A DNA stretch of 63,532 nt, taken from assembly GCA_036521915.1 (NCBI GenBank), contig DATDGU010000175.1:1-63532 (forward strand), written 5' to 3'. The DNA comes from Acidimicrobiia bacterium (GTDB taxonomy: Bacteria; Actinomycetota; Acidimicrobiia; IMCC26256; PALSA-555). A model generated the notes under the pieces. That model ran no database searches, was not told where the DNA came from, and saw nothing but the letters and a program-made list of their open reading frames with translations. Position 1 is the stretch's first letter. Each line of letters starts with the position of its first letter. Both the position numbers and the translations under genes were made by a program. Shown in pieces: positions 47,755-56,423 of this stretch.

Positions 47755-48051
47755 AGGGAGCGGGCGCCTTCCGAACTGAGTCGGCAAAGTCGCGGGTTGT
47801 CCGGCAAAGCCTGGACGAGCTATTCGGGAAGGCGATCACCCGGGAAGGACCGGACGGGATGGATCTCGTAGTCGAACAGGCCCGCCCGAACCCGACGTCA
47901 GCCGCTCGCGCTGCCCGTGCCCGCCGGCGCGGACGTGGCGTGGCACGGCTGGCCGTGACACACGTCGACGACGCGACCGTGGGCTTCGATGTAGCCCTCG
48001 AGCAGCGCCAGGCGTTGGCCCGCCGCTCGACTTGAGTCGATACTTGTCACC

Positions 48052-50730
48052 GTGTCAGCGACGTTGGCACCGAAGCACCGGATTCTGACGTTGGGGGCTC
48101 TCACCACGGCGCTCGCCCTCGTGGTCGCATGCTGCGGGTCAAACGCACAGGCATCGGACGCTCCAGCGCCGCTCTCGACAGCTCCCGCCTCCCAGAACAT
48201 CACATCGACCTACGGCAGCGGCATCTTCGGCAACTGGCAAGTTGATCGCTTCGGCCTCCCGATCTATCGCTACACCATCGACGAAGAGACCGACCCCCGA
48301 GCTCGCCAGACCGAGTTGGCTGGGAGCACCGACGCCTGGTCCCAGGTCGGAAACGACCGTCTCGTTGCCAACGCCTACAACCACGGCTATGTGCAGCTCT
48401 GGAGCCAAGACCGCACCGCCCAGTGGATGAACCGCTACGACGCGGCGCAAGGCCACTACGCCGGCGGGTATGGCTACCTGAACGTGAACGGCAGAGCCAT
48501 CAGCACGCTCTACGACGACCGACCGGCTGGAGCAGCGACGACCCGACAATTCGGTGTCGGCTACTACGGCCGCGACATGCAGACGTCAGGGACGGACGTC
48601 AACGACGTCGTCTACGCGCCGTTCGGCAACGATCCCGTCCTCGTCCACGACGTCACCATCGTCAATACGACGAAGCACACCGAGCACGTCTCGTGGTTCG
48701 AGTACTGGGACGTGAACCCCTACCTGCAGGCGAGTGGGCAGTACCGGGGGCTGGCCGCGCCGACCTGGAACGCCTCGACGCACACGCTCTCCGTCGCCCA
48801 GCTCCCGGACGTTGGCGACACCGATCCGCTGACCATCTTCGCCGCTCAAGTGAAGGGGCCGACGAGCTCCTACGACACGACCCAGCGCGCGTTCTTCGGA
48901 TCAGGGACGCGGGCCCGCCCCCAGGCGGTCGCCGCGGGCCACCTGCACGACAGCCGGGCTGACGGCGTCCCGAACGGCACCGAGGGGACCACCCTGTTCG
49001 CCCTCGAGACGGGCGCGGTGCTCGCGCCCGGCCATTCGACGACGCTCCGATACCTGTATGGCTACGGCCATCCCGGCCACATCCCCGCGCTGGTGGCGAA
49101 GTACCGACACGCGGACGGCCCGTTCGGCACCAGCGAGCGCGCGTGGTACGCAGCGCTGCCGAAGGCCTCGCTGGGCCATCAGCCATGGCTCGGTCGCGAG
49201 CTCATGTGGGACGCCTACCTCCTGCGTTCAGCCTCGGTCTACGACGAGACCTGCGGAGAGCACACGATCACGCAGGGCGGTTACTACCAGTACGACCTCG
49301 GCCTGAACCTCGGAACGCGCAGCTGGCTGCACTATCTGCTCCCAACGACCTACCTCGATCCGGAGCTCGCCCGCGAGATCCTCACGTACTCGGCGCAGTT
49401 CCAACCCGCGGTGAACAACCAGCTTCCCTACGGGTCGACCGGCCTCTGCACCCAGTTCAACCTGGGAACCTCGGACGACCTGGACTTCTGGCTGCTCCTC
49501 GCCTCGAGCGAGTACGGATTGGGTACACGTGACATGAGCTTCTTCGATCGGAAGGTGCGCTTCTACGGGTCACAGCAGGTCACGACGCTCTGGCAGCACC
49601 TCAAGCTGGCGTTCGCTCACCAACAGTCTCTCCTCGGCCCACATGACGAGTACCTCGCGCTCTCCACCGGCGACTGGTCGGACTTCTCTCCGATGTACAT
49701 GGGGATGACCGAATCGACACTCGTCGTCGCCCAGTGCGCGTACATGTACCCGCAACTCGCGCAGCTCGCCGACCTGCGGGGTGACCACACGTTCGCAGCG
49801 CAACTGCGGACGGCGGCGGCGAACCTCCTCACGACCCTGCGAGGCCAGTGGACGGGCGCGGGGTGGTATTCGAGAGGCTACGCAGGGACGAACCAGCTCG
49901 GTCCCGGCGCGATCTGGCTGGAACCTCAACCGTGGGCAATCCTGGCCGGCGCGCCGAGTGCCAGCCAGACGGCCACGCTCATCGCGAACATCCGCCGGTT
50001 CCTCGACGGGGTCGGAGCTCCGACGGTCATCAAGGGTCCCGACCGCATCGGGACATCGCTCAGTCCCGCCCGAGACGACCCGGCCGTCACCGAGGTCACC
50101 ACACCCGACATCGGCGGCAACAACGCCGTCTGGCCGGGGGGAACCTGGTTCGATCCCGACGGCTGGCTGACGTGGGCGTACGCCAGCCTCGGCGACTCGA
50201 TGCCCCAAGCGCGTCAACTCGCCTTCGACGAGTACGAGCGCACGACACTGGCAAAGCACGCGGCGGTCTTCCCCGATCACTGGGACGGGATCACCTCGGT
50301 CGACGACACCTGCTCCTCCTTCTATTCCAGTGATCCATCGCAGTGCGGCGGGGCACTCGGGATCACGACGTACGAGGGACAGAACACCGAGCAGCCGACC
50401 TGGATGGTGATGGGCGCGATCAACCTGGCTGGGATTACACCCACCGGCACGGGTTACCGCGTCGATCCACAGTTCCCGTTCGCGGACTTCTCGCTGCGTT
50501 TCCCAGACGTCGGGCTGGCCAGGCAGTCCGGGCTGATCCGGGGCTACCTCCGCCCCGTCGGGGGTGGCACGCTCCGTATGCAGGTCGCGATCCCTCCCCA
50601 CGCTCGGCACCCCATCGCGTGGGTTGGCGGGTCGCAGACGCGCATCACGATTGGTGGAGGGCTTGCGAGCTTCAACCTGCCGACCGAGGCCGGACATGTC
50701 GCCGACTGGGCCATCAGTTGGCAGACCTGA
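48052..50730 (+). CDS. secreted lipoprotein, (alpha/alpha)6-barrel glycoside hydrolase/phosphorylase-like (GH94-like)
   Basis: Signal peptide plus lipobox (LALVVAC). The C-terminal half carries GH94/GH15-clan-like motifs (STGDWSDF, WLEPQPWAILAG). Family assignment is tentative. Confidence 0.7.
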   Translation: MSATLAPKHRILTLGALTTALALVVACCGSNAQASDAPAPLSTAPASQNITSTYGSGIFGNWQVDRFGLPIYRYTIDEETDPRARQTELAGSTDAWSQVGNDRLVANAYNHGYVQLWSQDRTAQWMNRYDAAQGHYAGGYGYLNVNGRAISTLYDDRPAGAATTRQFGVGYYGRDMQTSGTDVNDVVYAPFGNDPVLVHDVTIVNTTKHTEHVSWFEYWDVNPYLQASGQYRGLAAPTWNASTHTLSVAQLPDVGDTDPLTIFAAQVKGPTSSYDTTQRAFFGSGTRARPQAVAAGHLHDSRADGVPNGTEGTTLFALETGAVLAPGHSTTLRYLYGYGHPGHIPALVAKYRHADGPFGTSERAWYAALPKASLGHQPWLGRELMWDAYLLRSASVYDETCGEHTITQGGYYQYDLGLNLGTRSWLHYLLPTTYLDPELAREILTYSAQFQPAVNNQLPYGSTGLCTQFNLGTSDDLDFWLLLASSEYGLGTRDMSFFDRKVRFYGSQQVTTLWQHLKLAFAHQQSLLGPHDEYLALSTGDWSDFSPMYMGMTESTLVVAQCAYMYPQLAQLADLRGDHTFAAQLRTAAANLLTTLRGQWTGAGWYSRGYAGTNQLGPGAIWLEPQPWAILAGAPSASQTATLIANIRRFLDGVGAPTVIKGPDRIGTSLSPARDDPAVTEVTTPDIGGNNAVWPGGTWFDPDGWLTWAYASLGDSMPQARQLAFDEYERTTLAKHAAVFPDHWDGITSVDDTCSSFYSSDPSQCGGALGITTYEGQNTEQPTWMVMGAINLAGITPTGTGYRVDPQFPFADFSLRFPDVGLARQSGLIRGYLRPVGGGTLRMQVAIPPHARHPIAWVGGSQTRITIGGGLASFNLPTEAGHVADWAISWQT

Positions 50731-50734
50731 CCCC

Positions 50735-50761
50735 GATTCGTGGTCTGGGAGATCGCCCGTC
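50735..50761. repeat. hairpin repeat, decayed copy
   Basis: GATTCGTGGTC-TGGGA-GATCGCCCGTC. 5 nt after the GH-like lipoprotein stop. Confidence 0.5.
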
Positions 50762-51008
50762 CGCAGTCGCTCCCGTGTTCGCCACCGGTGGCGGTTGGCG
50801 CGTGTCCGTTCGTGGAACCCTTCATCCCACAAGCGGCCGCCTGTCCGTCGCGCGTGGCTCAGGGCCACGCCTCGCCAGCCGCCCCGCGGCCGATTGAGTA
50901 GGTCCTACTCAGGCAACGCGACGCGGCCGAGGCTGATCCTTGAAGGGCCGGAGCCGTCCTCGGGGGCAGGGGTCGTCCTTCGGGACCAACACATAGGAGG
51001 ACACGGCG

Positions 51009-51281
51009 ATGGGCTGGTTACTCAAGAAGGTGTCCAACCGAATGGAAGAGAAGCTGCCCGGCTCCGCGGACGCCATCGAGCAGATGAAGTCAGATGCGAC
51101 CACCGGTGAATCCCACGCGTTCGTGGTGTCAGCAGATGGCCACCTCACCCAGGTCGAGTCGCAGCAGGCCGTGCAGGATGATCTGGCCGACCAGCTCTCG
51201 AGGCTCGGAGAGCTGCACGACCGTGGTGCGCTCACCGACGCCGAGTACGAGGCGCAGAAGCGCCAGATCAGCGGCGCTTGA
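51009..51281 (+). CDS. small SHOCT domain protein
   Basis: 90 aa. C-terminal LSRLGELHDRGALTDAEYEAQKRQI SHOCT motif. Confidence 0.7.
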   Translation: MGWLLKKVSNRMEEKLPGSADAIEQMKSDATTGESHAFVVSADGHLTQVESQQAVQDDLADQLSRLGELHDRGALTDAEYEAQKRQISGA

Positions 51282-51336
51282 CGCCACCGTGACCCGGGCG
51301 TCCATCCTCTATATGTAGGTTGCGGAGCGGCTCGCG

Positions 51337-52077
51337 ATGGCCTTGTTCCAATCAGTCGAAGAGAAGCTCTTGGCCAACGGCCGCCAGGCGCAGGCCGACA
51401 TCCTGGCGTCGGAGCCCACCCACCATGTGGTCGAGCGGGGTGCGATCGAGCAGCTCATAAAGCGTCGTTGGCAGCTCTCGCTGCGGGTGCACCCCGCCGG
51501 GGCCGATGACTTCGAGGTCGAGTTCAAACAGGATCTCGGCAGCTGGCGGATGCCGTGGCGCGGCGAGACCGCTGACGTGCTTTACGACCCCGACAACCAC
51601 TCGAACACGATCCTTGACCCCCGGGTGGAGGGCCCAGTTCCCCGGCCGGAGTGGGACTGGAATCCATCAACGGGCACTTCTCCCCCGAAGGCTCGACGCG
51701 CGGTCCAGGAGGCACAAAGCGCGCCGTCGGAGCATCGAGCCGATATGCAGCTGCTGGCCGGCTACTACCAAGACGGTGCGCTCTACGACTTCGAGTACCA
51801 AGAGCTCAGGCGACGGATCCTCGGTCTGCCGCTGGTCGATCCCCGACCGGCGATTGCCCAAGCGTTGGGTGTCGAGGGCGAGCAGGCGTACGTTCGCTCA
51901 ACGGCAGACGGACATGAAGTGCCGCTCACGAGCTCGGAGCCGACGCCTAGCCGACCCGATCTGAGCGGCCGCATCACCCAGCTCGAAGACTTGGCCAATC
52001 GCCACGACCAGGGCGAACTCACCGACGCCGAGTTCGCTGCCGCCAAGGACAAGCTGCTGAGCGGCAACGCCACCTGA
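51337..52077 (+). CDS. SHOCT domain protein (paralogue of 13519..14160)
   Basis: 246 aa. C-terminal ITQLEDLANRHDQGELTDAEFAAAKDKLL. N-domain similar to the protein at 13519..14160. Confidence 0.75.
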   Translation: MALFQSVEEKLLANGRQAQADILASEPTHHVVERGAIEQLIKRRWQLSLRVHPAGADDFEVEFKQDLGSWRMPWRGETADVLYDPDNHSNTILDPRVEGPVPRPEWDWNPSTGTSPPKARRAVQEAQSAPSEHRADMQLLAGYYQDGALYDFEYQELRRRILGLPLVDPRPAIAQALGVEGEQAYVRSTADGHEVPLTSSEPTPSRPDLSGRITQLEDLANRHDQGELTDAEFAAAKDKLLSGNAT

Positions 52078-52085
52078 TCGTGGCT

Positions 52086-52112
52086 GACTCGCGGTCTGGA
52101 GAACCGCGAGTC
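52086..52112. repeat. hairpin repeat copy
   Basis: GACTCGCGGTC-TGGAG-AACCGCGAGTC. 9 nt after the SHOCT gene stop. Confidence 0.9.
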
Positions 52113-52396
52113 ATGGACGACCGTGTTCGGCGCGAGTTGGTCGTCGATGCGTCATCCGCCGGCCTATGCCGGACATGACGGGTCCACCTGCCGCGGCCGA
52201 CTACTACTGACTGGGGTCGGTCTCAGAACAACTTGAACCGCCCGGGGTTCCGGGATCGCGGGTCGACCGCCGGCTGGCCCGGTGAGCGATGTCGGCCTGC
52301 TGGGAAAAGAGCAGGAACACGCCTGCCGGCGCTGCCTGTGACTAGGGTGTCGGCGTTCCTTCACCCAGGGCGGGTGTGGCAGAGGCGGAGGACCTG

Positions 52397-52576
52397 ATGC
52401 GACGAGCACCGCTGGTCGTGCTTGCGGCGATCGGGTTGGTCTTCGCGGCGAACGCGGGGGCGCCGGCCAGTGAGGGCAAGCAGGTGCACGCGACGGGTTC
52501 GCAGCAGTTCGCGACTCCCGGGACGTTCCCGTTCACCGTCCCCGCCAACGTTACGTCGATCACGGTCGGAGAGTCG
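52397..52576 (+). pseudogene. 5-prime fragment of a secreted protein gene
   Basis: GGAGGA then ATG 52397. MRRAPLVVLAAIGLVFAANAGAPASEGKQVHATGSQQFATPGTFPFTVPANVTSITV is a signal peptide plus the start of a mature domain. After about 60 aa the frame turns Arg/Pro-rich and collides with the next CDS in another frame. Confidence 0.35.
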
Positions 52577-52680
52577 GTGTGGAGGCTCCGCCACGGACGA
52601 CCACCACTTGCGCCTGGGCGGCGGCCGCAACCACGATCCGGGCTATGCGATGGAATGATCTCGAACTGGATGGGAGAGAC

Positions 52681-53115
52681 ATGCCTCTACACGAACGTTC
52701 GCTCTACGTCACGTACACGACGTATCTGGAGCAAATACCGATGTTTCGCTCCTGCTCAGAGACCGAGCTCGATCACATTGCCGACCTCGCCTCCGCGACG
52801 ACAGTTGCTGAGGATCAGACGATCATCCAACAGGGCGATCTCGCTGATGAGTTCTTCGTGATTGTCAGCGGCTCAGCACACGTGATTCGCGACGGCAAGC
52901 CCATTGCCTCACTGGGACCCGGCGACTATTTCGGCGAGTTGGCCTTGTTCGACCGCGCGCTCCGGAACGCAACCGTGACGGCGACTTCACCAGTTGAGCT
53001 TGTGTCTTTCTCGCGTGGCGCGTTCGATGAACTTCTAAACGAGGTGGGTTCCCTGCGCAGCGCGCTGCTCACGGGAATGGCGAAGCGCCTTCATGAGCTC
53101 GAAGGTCGAGCCTGA
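52681..53115 (+). CDS. stand-alone cyclic nucleotide-binding domain protein
   Basis: ATG 52681 after GGGAGAG. 144 aa consisting only of a cNMP-binding beta-barrel with phosphate-binding cassette GDYFGELALFDRALRNATVTA. Lower GC3. Confidence 0.8.
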   Translation: MPLHERSLYVTYTTYLEQIPMFRSCSETELDHIADLASATTVAEDQTIIQQGDLADEFFVIVSGSAHVIRDGKPIASLGPGDYFGELALFDRALRNATVTATSPVELVSFSRGAFDELLNEVGSLRSALLTGMAKRLHELEGRA

Positions 53116-53393
53116 CCGCCGACAAGGGCAAGGCCCATTCTTCGGACAAGCCGCTGCTCTGCCGGCCGTGGTCCATGCTTGTCGATGGACGCTGATCGCT
53201 GAATAGCGCTACCGACGGTGTCTTCAGAGTCGCGAGCCGTCGGGTCCTGCGGAGAGGAACTGTGGGTGTAGGGGCGTGGGCATGGTTCGTCGGCGGCGCT
53301 GCGAAACTCTTTGGGCCGACCGGCCAACTCAGTCAGCCCGACGCCGCGCACTGGCCACTGGATTGGTGGATCTTGGCCGGTCCGCCGTACCGC

Positions 53394-53420
53394 GACTCGC
53401 GATCTCGAGGATCGCGAGTC
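53394..53420. repeat. hairpin repeat copy
   Basis: GACTCGCGATC-TCGAG-GATCGCGAGTC (perfect, extends to GCGACTC...GAGTCGC). Confidence 0.9.
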
Positions 53421-53723
53421 GCACGCCACGCGGCTTGAGCCAACCGCTGATGGCGGCAGGCCCTCTTCCGAGAGGCCCCGGGCGAGGATTTCGAGACCCC
53501 GAGCGCGCCCGGGGTACCCCATGATCGCCGCGCCGGCCCGTTGCCCAGACTGGGTGCGCACCCAGTCCTCCCCATTACGGGCTGGCCGGCGAAAGTTGAC
53601 CGGCGCTAATGCCGATCAACAACCTGAACTTAAGCACGGAGAACCCTGGCGTGTCTGTAGCGGCAGACACAGTTCCAGCGTGCTCGTCCATACACACCGG
53701 TGGGGGGCGCCGAAAGCGAGTCG

Positions 53724-54377
53724 CTATCGGGCGAGCGCGCGGAGCCGGTCGAGGTCGATGATGTCGATGTGCCCGCGGCCAAGTGCGATGGCACCCTGCT
53801 GGGCGCTCCGCTGAAGTACACGATTGACGGTTGGCCGTGTCGTGCCCGCCATGAGGGCTAGGTCCTCTTGCGTGAGATCGAGCCGCCCATTCTCATCCTG
53901 CCAACCCCACTCCTCTGCAATCTCGATCAACCTGCGGAGTAGCCGTGTCTCGACAGGGAAGTACAGCGCTTCCACGAGGACATCCGTCAATCGGCGGAGC
54001 CGGGCCGCGAGCGCCTCGACCAGGACGCTATTCACCGACGGGTAGGCCTGACGTAGTTCGTTGAACCGTTCACCAGTCAGGACGAGCGTCTCGGCTGGTT
54101 CGAGACAGACGACGGTCGCATTTCGTCGTGCCCCCGGCTCCAGCAGCGCCAGCTCCCCGAAGAAGTCGCCCGGGCCGACCACCATCAAGGTGACGATGTC
54201 TCCGCCTGACGTCGAGGACTGCACCGCCAGACGACCTCGTGCCACGAGATGGAACTCGTCGCCGGCGTCTTGCTGGTGAAACACGACCTCGCGGCGCTGG
54301 AACCGGCGCGTCCGCGTAGACGCGAGCAATTGCTCGCGGTCCCCTTCGCTCAAGCCCTCGAGCAGTGCCCACGTCAT
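53724..54377 (-). CDS. Crp/Fnr family transcriptional regulator
   Basis: Start MTWALLEGL at 54377. cNMP cassette GDFFGELALLEPGARRNATVV plus C-terminal HTH LTQEDLALMAGTTRPTVNRVLQ. Confidence 0.9.
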   Translation of the reverse strand: MTWALLEGLSEGDREQLLASTRTRRFQRREVVFHQQDAGDEFHLVARGRLAVQSSTSGGDIVTLMVVGPGDFFGELALLEPGARRNATVVCLEPAETLVLTGERFNELRQAYPSVNSVLVEALAARLRRLTDVLVEALYFPVETRLLRRLIEIAEEWGWQDENGRLDLTQEDLALMAGTTRPTVNRVLQRSAQQGAIALGRGHIDIIDLDRLRALAR

Positions 54378-54651
54378 CTGTTCAGCTCGACGCCTTTCTC
54401 TGCCGGCGCAGCAAGCCACTTCATTGGCACGCTACCCGACGACGTCCGGATCGAGTCCACGCATCGGTCGAAGCTCGAAGGACTACCGCTGCTTGGGGGT
54501 GGGTTGGCCGGCGCGTGGTGGCGATGCGGGTGCGAGATACCCAACCAAGATGACGGTCTCGCTGGGGCGATTGAGTCGCGTCGCCCTGTCGCGTGCAGCC
54601 TGAGCCGGATCACACCATCAAAGAGTCGCACCACTCCTTTAGGGTCGATCT

Positions 54652-55104
54652 GTGCCACCGCCAGCGGAGATCGCCTATAGAGAGGCAGTTCGTTCCCTCG
54701 AGGGGCAAGCTCGAGACCTCGAGAACATTCGCTCCCACGTGAGCATCACCCTCTCGGCTGGGGGTATCGCAGCCGCCTTCCTCGGGGCACTCACGAAGGC
54801 TCACGGACCAGCCTTCTGGGTGGCGGTCGCAGCGTTTGGTTTGGCGGCGGTCGCGACGATCATCGCGTACTGGCCCGTAACGTTTGCGTGGGACTTCGAC
54901 GGCTATGAGCTCGTCAGCAACTACGTCGATCGAAAGCCTCCTGCGACGGAAGACTTCGTCATGCGGGAGCTCGCGGTTCATGCAGCTGACGATTATGGCG
55001 AGAACCGCCAGCGACTCAACCGGCTCTTCACCCTCCAGTCCTTCGCCCTCCTCGCCTTCGGTGTAGAGGTCGGGGCTCTACTCATCAACCTCGCGGTAAG
55101 GTGA
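54652..55104 (+). CDS. hypothetical 3-TM protein (N-terminal helix, TM hairpin, soluble insert, C-terminal TM)
   Basis: 150 aa. The segment ...ARDLENIRSHVSITLSAGGIAAAFLGAL-TKAHGPA-FWVAVAAFGLAAVATIIAYW... ends with a C-terminal TM LFTLQSFALLAFGVEVGALLINL. GTG start, weak SD, lower GC3. Confidence 0.6.
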   Translation: MPPPAEIAYREAVRSLEGQARDLENIRSHVSITLSAGGIAAAFLGALTKAHGPAFWVAVAAFGLAAVATIIAYWPVTFAWDFDGYELVSNYVDRKPPATEDFVMRELAVHAADDYGENRQRLNRLFTLQSFALLAFGVEVGALLINLAVR

Positions 55105-55349
55105 TCGTCGTGGCGAACCGCCCGAAGATCGAAAAGAAGCCGGTCCCGAGCCGCCCGCCCACGAGCACGCCGAATCCCTCGCACTTCGAGAAGCGCGGTG
55201 GCAGGCCGTGGGGCGGCGGTCAGGAACCACGCCCGCGCCCCGGCAGGTAGCCCACACCGAGTCCGCTGCAGAGCGGCTCCCTTTGCCGAGCGGGGGCGTG
55301 CATCACCCATGACTGGTGCACGTCTCGACAGTTTGCGGCTGCAACGACC

Positions 55350-55376
55350 GACTCGCGATCTGGGAAACCGCGAGTC
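55350..55376. repeat. hairpin repeat copy
   Basis: GACTCGCGATC-TGGGA-AACCGCGAGTC. Confidence 0.9.
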
Positions 55377-55541
55377 GTCATCGGACGATCCAGGGGTTGG
55401 GCGTCTTGGCGGTGAGCGCTCTTCCTCATGCCCGGTCCTCCCGTTGCGCGTCTCGGGTCCTGTGGCGAACATGGGTGCGGAGCTGAGGAGTGCCCAGCCC
55501 ACGCTCGTGGGCAGACGCCCGAGACCCCCGGGGAGAGGTGC

Positions 55542-56423
55542 ATGGCAGCGGCGCAGGAGTCGATTGCGGTGCTGGGAATCGGCGCTATGGGCCATGGCTT
55601 GGCCAGCAGCGCCTTGCGCGCCGGCCTCCCTACGGTCGTCTGGAACCGCCGACCGGACGCGACTCGAGACCTCGCGGCGCGCGGTGCGGTCGTCGCTGAC
55701 AGCGCCGCCGACGCGGCACGGCGGGCCGGAATCGTCGTGACGATGGTGACCGACGCGGCCGCGGTCGCCTCGATCGCTCACGACCAAGGGATGCTCGCCG
55801 CGCTCGCACCGGGGGCGATCTGGGCGCAGATGAGCACGATCGGCGTGGCCGGCATCGAGCGGGTTGCGGCGATGGTCGAAGCCGAACGCCATGACGTCAT
55901 GCTCGTTGACGCGCCGGTGTCGGGAAGCAAGGACCCCGCCGAGCAAGGTGCGCTGACGATCTTTGCCTCGGGGCCGGACGACGCCCGCCCCCGCCTTCGT
56001 CCTCTCTTCGACGCGCTCGGGCAGCGCACGATCTGGGTCGGAGCGGTCGGGGCGGGGACCCGGCTCAAGCTCGTGAACAACACGTGGCTAGCGTTCGGCA
56101 ACGAGGCGATTGCCGCGTCAGTGGCGCTTGCTCATCGGCTTGGACTGACCACTGAAACCGTGGCCGAGGCGATCGCGGAGGGGCCGCTGATCTCGCCGTG
56201 GCAGGCGAGCAAGCTGCAACGGATCGCCAAGAACGACTTCTCGCCGCAGTTCGCGCTATCGCTCGCCCTGAAGGACATCCGACTCGCGCGTGAAGCGGCT
56301 GCCGAGCTGGCCGCCCTCGGCTGCCTGGCCGATGAATGGCAAGGGGCAGTCGATCAAGGACTTGGCGACTTGGACCTGACCGCCGTCACGCGCGCGTTGG
56401 AGGAGCAGAGAGGAACGTCATGA
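55542..56423 (+). CDS. NAD(P)-dependent oxidoreductase, 3-hydroxyisobutyrate/6-phosphogluconate dehydrogenase-like
   Basis: ATG 55542 after GGGAGAGG. IAVLGIGAMGHGLASSALRAG Rossmann fold and a DAPVSGS motif. Confidence 0.85.
   Translation: MAAAQESIAVLGIGAMGHGLASSALRAGLPTVVWNRRPDATRDLAARGAVVADSAADAARRAGIVVTMVTDAAAVASIAHDQGMLAALAPGAIWAQMSTIGVAGIERVAAMVEAERHDVMLVDAPVSGSKDPAEQGALTIFASGPDDARPRLRPLFDALGQRTIWVGAVGAGTRLKLVNNTWLAFGNEAIAASVALAHRLGLTTETVAEAIAEGPLISPWQASKLQRIAKNDFSPQFALSLALKDIRLAREAAAELAALGCLADEWQGAVDQGLGDLDLTAVTRALEEQRGTS

Noticed and set aside
47898-48050. 50-aa minus-strand ORF (VTSIDSSRAAGQRLALLEGYIEAHGRVVDVCHGQPCHATSAPAGTGSASG) upstream of the GH-like gene
   Set aside because: There is no SD and no recognisable motif. 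It is confined to the promoter region of the lipoprotein gene, and the plus-strand shadow frame looks equally coding-like. The evidence is insufficient.
54378-54651. Crp-type operator (TGTGA-N6-TCACA) in the Crp / 3-TM divergent region
   Set aside because: Only isolated TCACA and GTGCA pentamers are present, with wrong spacing. No palindromic site could be supported by eye.
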